From Cyanophora paradoxa CCMP329 (taxonomy: Eukaryota; Plantae; Glaucophyta): a DNA stretch of 64,000 nt. The notes below the pieces were generated by a model that was not told the DNA's origin, made no database searches, and saw nothing but the letters and a program-made list of their open reading frames with translations. The DNA lies in assembly GCA_004431415.1 (NCBI GenBank), contig QPMI01000163.1:124001-188000 (forward strand), given 5' to 3'. The stretch's first letter is position 1; every line of letters starts with the position of its first letter. Below are positions 35,820 to 46,935 of this stretch, one piece after another. Position numbers and translations under genes: made by a program.

Positions 35820-37686
35820 ATGCCGGACTCGTGGGCTGAACCTCATGACTTCAACTACAGCGAGGTGAAGATGAGCAAGAAGATTGGCTCTGGCCTCACC
35901 GCGGAGATCTACAAGTGCGCCCGGGGCGCCAGGGCATGCAGCGGCTTAGCGAGAACACGTTCAATAGAGTTCGATAGCCGGGAGCGCGCCCTCTGCGCTC
36001 CACCAGCCGCCGGCGCACGGCGGCTTTTCGCTCGCCAACCGGTCGCGCAGGGGGACCTACCGGGGCGCATCGGTTGCCGTGAAGATAATGAAGCGCCGTA
36101 AGTTCGGCCGCGCCGCGCCCCGCACCTGCCGCACTGAAGGACTGCCTTCTCGCATACGCCGGAAGATCCGAACGACAACTACGTGCAGATGATGTTCCGC
36201 AAGGAAGTCGACCTTCTCTCGTGCGTACCATCCCAATGCATACGGATGCTTAGCGCCCGGCGTCTCCGTCGTGCCGGTGCTGCGCATCTTGATCAGCTGC
36301 AGCTGCAGTCCGCTTGCCGTATAGCTAGCAAGCTTTAGCCCTGTCCGCTACCACTCGGGTTTCTGCGAAGCCAGTCTGTACCGATGTCTTGACCCACTTC
36401 TTCCCCTTGTGCACTCTGCATCTAGATCTAGATCTTCCGCTCGTGATTCCGGCGCCCCATGAGCACGCGATTCCCGGCCCCCTCCGCGCCCAGAGCCACC
36501 GCCCCCCGGCCGCGCCGCCAAGCTGACATCGCTGCGCGCGCAGGCGAAGCCAGCACCCGAACATCGTGACCTTCGTGGGGGCGTACCAGGACGATAAAAT
36601 AAGAGCGCTGGTCATGGAGGCACGCCCCCGCCTCCCCCCCCCCCCCCCCCCCCTCCCCCCCTTTCACCCAAGGCGCTCAACCCGAGCGCGGCGCGCTGCG
36701 GCAGTTTCTTCCGGGCCTCAACATGTACCAGCGGCTGCACGGGGAGAAGCCGAAGCCGCCGAAGCGCCTCGAGGAGACGCTTCGCATGGCGCTCGGTGCG
36801 CTGCGGAGCCCGAGCTCGAGAGCGCGCGTCCCTCAGCTCGCTCTGACGGGGCGCGGGACGGCAGACATCTCGCGGGCGATCGCCTTCATGCACGAGAACG
36901 GCTTCATCCACCGCGACCTCAAAAGCTCGAACCTCATGGTGCTATGCGCCGCGCCGCGATCACGAGGCCCCGCCCACCGCCCCCGCCTGCGCTCACGCCC
37001 CCGCGCGCCTCCCCTCAGACGACGGACGAGGGCATCGTCAAGCTGATCGACCTCGGCCTCAGCCGCGACGACGCCGCCGACGGCCGCATGACGTGCGCCG
37101 CGGGCCCCGCCCGCCCGGCCACGCCGCGGGGCGCCGAGCGGGGCGGGGCGGGGCAGGGGCGAGACGGGGAGCTACCGGTGGGCGGCGCCCGAGGTGCTGC
37201 GGAACGAGCCGTACCACAGGAGCGCCGACGTCTTCTCGTTCGGCATCGTCATGGCGCGCCCCCGCTTTTCGCCTTTTGCGTGCCGCCCCGCGCAGATAAA
37301 TCGATGCTGACGCGGGGGCGGGCGGGGGGGCGCAGTGGGAGATCATCACGGGGGACCTGCCGTACGGGCGGCTGACCCCGCTGGAGGCGGCGATGGGCGT
37401 GGCGACCAAGGGGGTGCGGCCGAGCAAGCTCAAGCCCGGCAAGAACGTGAACGAGGAGCTCATCGCGCTGATAGAGCAGTGCTGGGCGGAGCGGCCCGAC
37501 GAGCGGCCGCCGATGTCCGAGGTGGCCGTCCGCGTCGAGGCGATCCTGCGGGCGGCGGAGCCCGGCGTGAACCTGGACCTGCCGCCCAACGCGACCCGCC
37601 TCAAGTCCATGCCGCAGCGCAGCGAGAGCGGCAGCTTCTTCTCCAAGATCGCCGACTTCTTCTCTGGCTCCAAGTCCCACCGTTGA
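35820..37686 (+). CDS. Raf-like/TKL Ser/Thr protein kinase
   Basis: [71 protein letters not shown] and [10 protein letters not shown]. Confidence 0.95.
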
Positions 37687-38009
37687 TGATCCCCCGGCCG
37701 CGGCCCCGCAAGGCCGCTTTACCCATCCCCGCCCCCCGCGCTCCGAGGCTCGATGCCGGCGCCGGCCCATCGGCGTGCGCTATCTCTCGCATCCCCCTAG
37801 TTCCGCTCGCAGCAGTTGTAGATCTAGATTACGGTAGGGCGCAGCCGTTTTCCGTGCACATTGCCAGCATGGCATATTTTTTTGCTTCGAATCTGTGAGA
37901 GCTGATGTATTGCTGAGTGCTTGAAATTTACCTGATCATGAAGGAATCGCTATTTATCTGGATCTCGCCATGCTATGCAGGGACGGACTCGGGGAGCAAG
38001 AGCGGAGCC

Positions 38010-39100
38010 CTACAAGACTGGCGCCTCGAAGTCGCACACGCTGCAGAGCATATGTAGGCCAACGTGAGGAACGCAGAAGCACGAGAGGGTCCCGGTGCAG
38101 TCCGTCCTGCACGAGGGTCACTGTGTGATTCGGGCGCGGGCGCGGGCCTGGCACCTGTGTGCAGCAGAGGCCATCGCAAGACTAGACGCTAGCTGGGCCG
38201 GGGACACCTGCAGACCAGGTCAGAAATCTTTCGGACGGCCCATCGACGCGTGCTGCGAACCCCCGTCCTGGACTCGAATCCGCAGAGCTGGGGGCAGCGC
38301 AGCCCATCGTCGACTTGCAGGACGGGGGCGCGACGACACACGGGGCAGACGCATGTCTGCGAGGACTCCGCGCGCTGCCGGGCCGGATCTTCCCACGCTT
38401 CTACCATCTCCGTGTCCGCATGACCACATTCCGCATCAGGCGGAATATGCGCAAGCTGTGACTGTGCGTCGGCTTCCTCAAACGCCTCCGTGTCCTCGTA
38501 CTGCAGGAGCTCGCCTGCAGCGACATCAGATTTGGCGCGCTTGAGGGAAGAGGAGTTTATGGGCACGTTCTGCTCTGATCTCGCGGGCGAGCTCTTCGGT
38601 GAGGAACTGCAAGAGCTCCTCATCGGACGGCTGCACCGCGACGCCAGCCGAGTTCATTGCGCGGACGCGAAGCTGATGATACGTGGCCCGCTCGCGCTCC
38701 CAGTCGACGCTTCCTCGCTCGCTCGCTATGATTTCAGCCAGCTGCCTCTCCAAAACTGCGCCCTGCCGTGCCCGCATCAGCTGCGATGCATAGCGCGGCA
38801 CGCCAGGCTTGCCTGTGATTCCGAGCCCCTGCATTGCCGTACGTGCTCGTTTCTCGCATTCTTCATGCGCAGCAGACAGCGCTCCTGAGGCCCTCGTGCA
38901 GAACCGCGCTGCCACGGCGCCGCTCGACCGCACGGTGGGCGCCGGCGGCTCAGGGCGCGCACCTGGACGTGCGACCGCGGAGCTCGCTCCAGCGCACGGC
39001 CCCGCTTTCCAAGCACGCGGCCGCCATCTGATCGTCCGCCGCGGAGCGGGCCAGCTCGAGCGGGGAAATGACGCAGGCGAGGCTCGCTGCACGTCAGTGG
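38010..39100 (-). CDS. RPAIN: RPA-interacting protein (RIP/RPAIN); start uncertain
   Basis: ERCLLRMKNARNEHVRQCR (N-domain), an acidic middle region, and C-terminal Zn motifs VCPVCRR...RCPQLCG and LHMLCSVCDFEAPVL*. Confidence 0.75.
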
Positions 39101-39237
39101 ACGCCCGGCGCTACGAATGATCCTCTGATGCAAGGCTGCTTGCGCGTTGGGTGGCTTGGCGGCAAGTTGGCGCCCACTTGAATGAATTGCAAACGTACCC
39201 CAGTGCGGAAGTTTGCCCGGAACAAGCGCTCAGAACG

Positions 39238-40886
39238 ATGTCCCTCCTCGATCCGCGCGATCCAGGAAGCGAGCTCAAGACCTCGGACGCCGCCCTCGCC
39301 ACTGGTGCGGGCCGGCGGGCGCTAGTCTTGTTTGCACCGCCCGCTCAAACGCACTTGCAGAGACGCGCGCCCTGCAGACGCTCGAGAAGCACGTCATGAA
39401 CGTGGGGAATGTCTTCGATTTCGTGCGCCCGCAGCGCTGGCTTGTCACCTTCTGCGCCGCCGCCGCCTGCGCTGCCGCCCGCGTGCCATTCGAGTCGTGC
39501 AGATCTCGCCACGGGTCGGGAAGAAGATTCTGGTGGCGCCGGATGGGCGTGAGGCGCTGCTCGCGCTCATCGTTCTGCCAGGCCCCCAGAGGTGCGCCAC
39601 GGGTCGCAGGTCACCACGGGCGGCCCTGTGTCAGGCCTGCTTCGCGCAGTCCCGTTCTCCGACACCTGTGGCGGAGCGCTTCGTTCGTCGTTGCCGATGC
39701 GTGCGCGATGAACGACCTGTTCGACACTCTGAGCGCCGAGTGCGCTGGTGAGCTCGAAATGTGCGTCCGCGTTTCTTGGCTGTTGCGTTGATGCAATCAA
39801 TTCTTTGAACCGCCCGCAGCTACGTGCCGGACGTCGTCAAAGGCGATCTCTCGAGCATGCGCGCCGACGTGAGGAGCTTCTACACCGAGCAGGCGCGCGG
39901 GAAACAGTCAACGCCGCTCGGGCGCGGGTCCTCGTTCATTTCGGGTTCGGCCTCCGCTGGCATTTGAGCACTTTGGTAGTCTGACGGGGCTTCCAGATAC
40001 GCACGACGATCGTTCGGCGGCTCACAAGGCGCTCGCGGCTGTAGACGAGTGGATTGCGCAGCGTGCTTGTGGGCAGGTTCGTTGCCTGGTTTGAATGGAG
40101 TTGACATTCACGGGATGAGCGTCGCCTACAGGACTGTGTGCTCGTCTGCATCACTGGCGCCCTTGGTGGCCGCTTGGACCAGGAGCTTGCGACTATCGTG
40201 CGTTCGCTCCTTCGCTCATTAATGCCAGCGGCTCTCTCCGATGATCACTGACGCTCTTTAATTTTGGCAGAATGACGCAATGGCCCTCGTTCGCATCCTT
40301 GCCTTCAGAGACCCCCTTTATCGTCAGTGACTCTAACATCTCGGGCAGGCATCCGCTCACCCGCGTCCCCTGACGTTCGCATGACCCACCTCTCTCGATT
40401 CGCGTGCCCCTGACATTCCGGTGCAGGTTGCTGGGGCGGGACTCGCTCGTGACGTGCCTCCCAGCCGGATTCCATCTCGTGCGCCGCCGGAATTGCTGCT
40501 CCTCGACGAATTTGAGACTCTGCTTGCCAATAATATTGTTGCCGTCCTCGCAGCTGCAGCTGGACCCGCGGTTCGAGAGCGGGCAGGTGGGCCTGCTTCA
40601 CCCTGGGGCTGGGTCGCTGTCGGTGCGGACGCGTGGCCTCAAGTGGGAGCTGGACCCCTCGCGACCCCTCCAGTTCGGGCAGCTCCTGAGCGTGTCTAAC
40701 GAGGTGCGCGATGGACCCTTCGCCTGTGTGTAAAGAGGTGAGCGCTCAAGCCTCGATTGAGCCTGAGAACTGTCGGCTGCGCAGCTGACTGGCACAAGCG
40801 TGGAGGTGGAGACCCCGGGACCCGTCCTCTGGACCTCCCGACTGGGCCCGCTCCCCGAAGGCCTCCCTCTCTCTCCGGAGCACTGA
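39238..40886 (+). CDS. Thiamine pyrophosphokinase-like protein with divergent catalytic motifs
   Basis: LWRSASFVVADACAMNDL, YVPDVVKGDLSSMR, GALGGRLDQ, TRGLKWEL, LQFGQLLSVSNEV and VEVETPGPVLWT. Confidence 0.85.
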
Positions 40887-41735
40887 GCAACCTCTAACTG
40901 TTGATCGTGGTACACACAGAATGATTCCAACACATATACGTAGTTGATCAGTTTCAGTAGTTGATCATGATTCGAAGACGGCTCCTCGGGCTTCCGCCCA
41001 CGTGCACTGCTCCAGGGCCTGGGGCTCAGCCGCGGCCGACGCCCTTTCCACACCCGCCGACCACGCGCCGCGCCCCGACTCCGATACTCGAATTTGAATA
41101 GGAGGGGGCTGGTGGGGAACTCGGAAGGGAGCAGCCGTCCCCATCGCGAGCCCGGAAGGCGCCGAGGAGCTCGGCAAAGCTCGGCTTGAGATCTAGAGCA
41201 GCGCTCGCCTGGCAGCGAATGAAAGCCGGCGACGTCTCATACGTATACCATGGCGGGACGCTGCTGGTTAAAATGAATTCGCACACACCGAGACACTACG
41301 GCTAGAGAAGGCGCAACGCGGCATCCCGCGTCCGCCAGCCGTTGATCACGGGCGCTCCTTCCAAACTGGGCAAAGCAGCCCAGGCGCCTCTCTCAGCAGC
41401 TGTGGTCGAGCTTGAGCGTTCCGAGGGGCGTGTCGACGCGAGGGAGCGCGCGCGTCAAGGTGACAATCCCGGGCCGGGCTGCCACTCATCGGTCTTAGCT
41501 TACTCCCGAAGCGTAGGAAGGACGACGACGGACGGAGCTTATCGGCGGGTCCCCTCGGCCTCTGCGGCGCCGATCAGCGCGATCAGCGCCTCCTCTGTTC
41601 CCGGTGTTCCAGCTTCGCGCGCTTCCACTTCCGCTCCAGCTGCTGCGCAGCGCTGTCGAGCTGGGGCAGGCGGGCGGGGCTGTCCAGCAAGCAGCGCCGG
41701 GCTCGCACCTGTGGTCGCGCTGCCTGCTTTGACTA

Positions 41736-41883
41736 TAGCTGCTCTGCTGCGCCGCTCGCTTGTATGCGCCGATGGCCTGCTGGAAGGTCTCGGAAGTAGA
41801 CTCGCCGGGATTCGAATCTGTTGGGGGGAGGAAGTTCGAGGGGAGGGTGCCGCCACCGAAGGGTACGGCGCCAAGTTAGTGCA
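41736..41883 (+). promoter_or_regulatory. Upstream element paralogous to 58354-58518 (copy A, ahead of the surface-protein gene)
   Basis: Shares colinear exact blocks TAGCTGCTCTGCTGCG, GAAGTAGACTCGCCGGGA, GGGGGGAGGAAG and CCAAGTTAGTGCA with the rhodopsin upstream region. The regulatory role is inferred. Confidence 0.6.
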
Positions 41884-42143
41884 GTCGGACTCTGTTATAA
41901 ACGAGGTCAGCCTTCCAGCGCGCCCAGAGCCCCGCCGCAGGCCCAGCAGCCCAGCAGCTGACTGTGCTATTGTTCTCTACCTGCCGCAGATCGCGCAAAC
42001 CGCGCATTTCGCCCAATAAATACAGGTGCGGCGCTGTGGGCTCTGCCGCGGTCCTAGCGAGCCCTGGAGCGCGAGGATCGTATGGCTGGATCTGGAGCTG
42101 ACCCTGGTTTGTTCAATGGGTGCGCAGGGAAGAGTCCGTTAGG

Positions 42144-43286
42144 ATGCGGTCCCTCGCCGTCCTCGCCGTTGCCCTCCTCGGGCTGGCGGCCATCGCCACC
42201 GCCCAGAACCTTCGCATTGTCGGGTCCGTTGCGGGCGGAGGTCAGCGGTGGGTTTCACACTCACCAGACCGGCAGCCTGTACTCGGACTCGACCTGCCTG
42301 CAGCCGTACGCTGATGGCGATATGGTTGGCCAGGCGTACCGCCCCATCGGTACTTCTGACGAGGTCATTAAGGCGTCCAACCGGAACACCGCCAACTTCG
42401 CCCCCCTGGTGATTCCACCTTCCACCGATGTGCCTGATACACCCGCTAAGTTTCTGCAGCCCTGGACCTACACCTTCTCGACTTCTACCTGCTATTCGGC
42501 GGGCGCTGGCGCCACTGGCGTGACCAACTTCCCGTTCACCCCCCGCACCGCTCCGACCGGCGGCGTGGCCCCGACTGTGCGCATCTTTCAGGAGACAAGT
42601 AGTTACTTCCTGTAACGCATTTCGCAGTTCACCTCCGGCTCTACCGCCACCAACTTCCTCACCGTCGCGGCCGTTCTTGGCCAGACCACCGCCTCGCAGG
42701 CGACTGCATGCCCCGGCGCGACTGCCGGTGGCCGCGACGCCGTCGCCACCTGCTCGGCGTTCCACTTCTTCTCCTTCGTGAACGACAACTTCCGGTTCCA
42801 GCCTGAGACCGCCAACGTCGACAAGGCCACCGCCAGCTACAACTACGTGAAGGTGCACTTGCTCTCTGTTCTTCTACTTTCGCTGTTTGGCTAATCTTGC
42901 ACCGTGCAGCTGTCCTGCGACCGCAACCTCCAGATGGTGTTCTCGCACTTCGCTGATGACAAGTGCACCACCATCCCCTCGGCCGTGCCCCTGCAGAAGG
43001 CCACGTGCGTGTTTTTGCAGACGAGGGTCAGTTTGTGCATGCCTTATCTAAACTGTCTCGCAGCATGCCGATGGGCTGCTACAAGATCGGCACCGTCACC
43101 CTGGACACCACTGTCTCTGTGAACGGCAACACCTACCCGAAGACCACCGAGGTTGCGTCTCAGGACGTCTACGCCCGCGTTCGCTGCTCCTCGGCGGCCA
43201 ACAGCGCGAGCTTCTCGCTTACCCCCGCGACCCTTGCTGTTGCGTTCTTCACCATCCTCGCGATCTTCGTGCAGCGCCAGCTGTAA
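42144..43286 (+). CDS. Secreted, probably GPI-anchored Thr/Cys-containing surface protein of unknown function
   Basis: Signal peptide MRSLAVLAVALLGLAAIATA. Four internal GT-AG introns. C-terminus CSSAANSASFSLTPATLAVAFFTILAIFVQRQL. Strong C-ending codon bias. Confidence 0.8.
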
Positions 43287-43757
43287 GATGTCGGCGGTGT
43301 AACGAGATAAATCGCAATTAGTTTTTCTGGTTATTTCACTCAGGCATATGTTGCTGCGGAAGACAAAGGGAAAGGAGAGGGTGCATTTCTAGGGCCGGGG
43401 CTGGAGAATACGTTTTGCACTCCGGCTTTTAGTTAGAAGTTTGGGGCCGGGAAGTGTGCGTGCGGGATGTGAAGGTGAATCGAGAGGATGCAATTAAGTT
43501 TCAGGGACACATGGTGATAAGCGTGTAATTTGCCACAGCTGGCAGGGAGGGCGTTTCATGCGGCGACGTCGACTCTTCGCATTCAAATACAGAGCATGCG
43601 AATTAAAATCAGGACTTCATGTGCATCATTGAGTTCAGAATCAGGTCTCTATGACACGGACGTCGACATCAGACAGATCTGTATATGTGACAGATCTAGC
43701 TTCACGAAGCTTCACATCTAGCTCTAGTGCAGTGAGCATCAATAAACTACTAGCTGG

Positions 43758-46700
43758 CTACGTCCCTCGTGCGAACGATCTGCCACGACTACCGCCCCCG
43801 CGGGAAAATCCCCCTCGGCCTCGACCTCCGCCGCGACCTCCGCTGCGGCCTCCGCCACGGCCCCTGCCCCCGCGCTCTCCGCCGCGCCCTCCGCCGCGTT
43901 CTCGACTCCCGCCACGGCCTCCGCCACGGCCTCCACGGTCTCCTCCGTACCCTCCGCGGCCTCCCCCGCGGCCTCCCCCGCGGCCTCGCCCGCGGCCTCC
44001 ACCCCGTTTCACGTCGTGGAGACTCTGGAAGGGGTTGCTGTTCCTGCTGCTCGCCTCCTCGCCTTCGTGCTTCCGCTTGACCTTCTTGGTGCGGCCTGTA
44101 TCGTACGCCTCGTCCCACTCGTCGCGCTGCTGCCGGGGGCCTTGCATGCCGCTGCTGAACGTGAGCACTCGCTGCCGCTCCCGCTCGGACAACACGCCCG
44201 GACTGCCATCGCCGTCCCACTGTCCCACTGCGTTGCCGATGTCAGTGCAGCGAAAAGATTGCCAGCACCTAGCAGATCCCGCACCGGATTTGCCCAGGGG
44301 ACCACTAAAGTCGAATGCGCTCGCGCGCTCCACTGGGGGGATGAAGCGCTCCCTTGGGGCAGCTGCTGAACGACTGGAGCTTGGTTTAGACTCTGCTGGA
44401 CGAGCAGCATATTCTTCTTCGTCCTCAGCGGGGACTGGGACCCTTGCTCGCTGCAGCCGCCTGCCCGCAGGCTCCTTCGGTTCCACTGGTGGCGACTCGG
44501 CTTCCTCCGAGCGCGGTGTTGGCCCGGGGGTGCTCGCGCGCCGCACGGCGTGCATCCGCCGCGCGAGCGGCAGGACACGCAGGCCGCTGCGGAGCCGCAT
44601 CCAGCCGGGACTCGCCGGCGTCGGGCTCGGGCTCATGGCTCCCGTGAGATGGCGCCCGTACTCCGCTGCTGTGCCCGTGTCTACCTCCAGGGCCGGCTTC
44701 CTTCGCTTTGTAGCCTCCCGTCCCGCTTCTGTGTCTCCTGCGCCGGCCCTCGCCTACAGTGGCGGTCAGTAATGCGTTTCAAGTACCGGCCAAGACAGGC
44801 GCACTCGTTCTTGGGCGGGGGCCGGCTCCTCCGCCATCCTCTTCCGCGTCACTTTGCCCGCAGGGCCCACGGTTGCTGCTGGGGGCGGCTGTGCCTCCGC
44901 CGCGTGCCGTGGGCTTGCGCCGCCCTTCGCTGGGTGCGGGCTGGCCGCCTTTGCGCCGCTCTGGCCGAGCGGGGGCGTGGGGCGGGTGCGGACGTAGAAG
45001 AGGATGTACGGGCGCTCCTTCAGAACGGCAGACTCGCCGACGTGCCGTACCTGCGCCGCGTCGAGTCAGGCCGCCGCACTCGAGGCGAAGCGCGAGGAGG
45101 CGGGGCGCTAGGGGCGGCGGACGCGCCTCAGGAGGGCGAGGGCATAGTCGCCCAGGCGCTCGAGGAGGCCGGCCTCGCGCATCTCTGGCAGGGGCGCCGG
45201 CGCGCGGCGGCGATAGAAGAGCACGTATGCCGGCTCTCGCAGCACGGCCGCCTCCGAGGCGGGCCGCACCTGCGCGCCGGCTCTAGGACCGCCGCGCCCC
45301 GCCCGCCCCACCCGCCCCGGCCCCGAGGGGCGCACCGAGGAGTCGTCCATGCAGTGCCAGAAGTCCGAGGGGCTCTTGACGTACGCGTAGTAGTGCCCGG
45401 AGTGCATCGAGTGGCCGGCGTGCACGACCGCCGCGTACAGCGCGTACTGGTGGCCCTCCCGCTGCCGCCCGCCGCGTCAGCGCCCGACGCCCCCGCTAGC
45501 CATGCTATGCTGCGGACCTCGCGGCACGACACGAAGGGGCCGAGGTCGAGTGTCGGGCCGAACGCCACGGGCTTGTTGATCTTTCCCGAGTGCCGCCCGA
45601 AGTCGAAGCGCTTCAGCTGGATCGTCAGGACGTTGGGCGAGTGGTGAATCGTGAGCCGCTTCGTCGCCCGGACGAGCTTCTTGCACCTGAGGCCCATCAG
45701 CGCCGGGGTGCGGAGGCTGACAGGGACGGGACTACTTGGAGCATCGGTACTTGTTCTCGCCGTCCAGAACTTCGGCAGCGGTAAAGTTGCTGAGCGCCTG
45801 TTCCACGGAGTTCGCGCCGCGGAGCTCCAGACTCAGGTCCAGGAACGGGTCGAACTTGTTGCTCCCGTACTGGCACTGCGAGCACTTGACCTGCAATGGC
45901 GGCTCGGCGCACGACGGCGGCCTTATTGGAGCAGGAAGCATACCTGGCTTCTGAGGTATCCCCCAAAGATCTGCTGGATCACTGTGGTCTCTGAAACGCG
46001 GGGCTCCACTTTTCTGGGGTGCGGATTAGAGAAATACGGCAGAAAAAAATTTCAACCGCACCCCAGACCCCGCAAACAATCTTTTTGCATCGATTCGATG
46101 AGGTAACGGGCGAATTCGTGCGCGTCTTCCTGTCTGCCTATCCGGAAATGCGAAGCGATCTCTGGAACGCATCACGAAAATGAGAAAGACGGTTTTGAGG
46201 ATTGAAAAAAGAAAGGCTTGACCTCGCATACGCCTCACAATCGCGTAGGGTTGAAATGCCCCGCCGTTCTGCGAGAGCGCCCGGCCAACGTGCTTTTCGA
46301 GCAAGCACATTGCGCAGAACTGTTCCGGCGCTTTCCGGCCTGCGTAAAAGCTCAATCTACAGCCTTCAAGAGAAATGCAGCGCGAAGCAGCGACGCACAG
46401 GACTTCGAGTGCTCGCCAGAGAGAAGGTAGTTGGCGAGCGGCGGCGTGTACGTAAGGCTCTGAAGCACTGCGTTTGCAAAGCAGCTGTTTCCCATGTTTT
46501 CAAGACCGCATCCGATCTTCGTCTGCCGCTGCCAGTGCAGCAGCTTGCCGATCCGGTCTGGTGGGAAGAGATAGCACGGCGGCGGCTGCAGGCTGTTGTC
46601 GGGGTCCTGCGAGGAGCCTTTCAGTCTGCGTACAGAACCAGTACGATACAGCGCGCACGCGCGCCCGATCGCGCACCTCGCCCGGAGAGCTGGCCGGCTT

Positions 46701-46935
46701 CGACGGGCGCGACGACGACTGCGCTGCCCCGAACCGCATCTTTAGCTCCATCGCGTCGTCCTCCGGTCTCGTCGATCGGACGAACGGGATGCGCCGCGGG
46801 AGCAGATCCTTCGTGCTCGCGAGGAGCACGTCAATGGAAGCTGCGATCGCGCGTCAGGTGTGCGGCGGACGGATGCGCTTAGCTACAGCTCGCTCGCTCG
46901 CCTGAACCGCCCGACGAGCCCTCGCGGCCCACCAT
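43758..46935 (-). CDS. Ubiquitin-specific protease, USP36/USP42/UBP23-like
   Basis: Cys box [44 protein letters not shown] and His box [19 protein letters not shown]-terminal [16 protein letters not shown] plus an RGG tail. Confidence 0.93.

Noticed and set aside
41798-41822. B-box/tRNA T-arm-like TTCGAATCCCGG in the shared upstream element
   Set aside because: No T-stem pairing, A-box or cloverleaf, so it is not called a tRNA or SINE.
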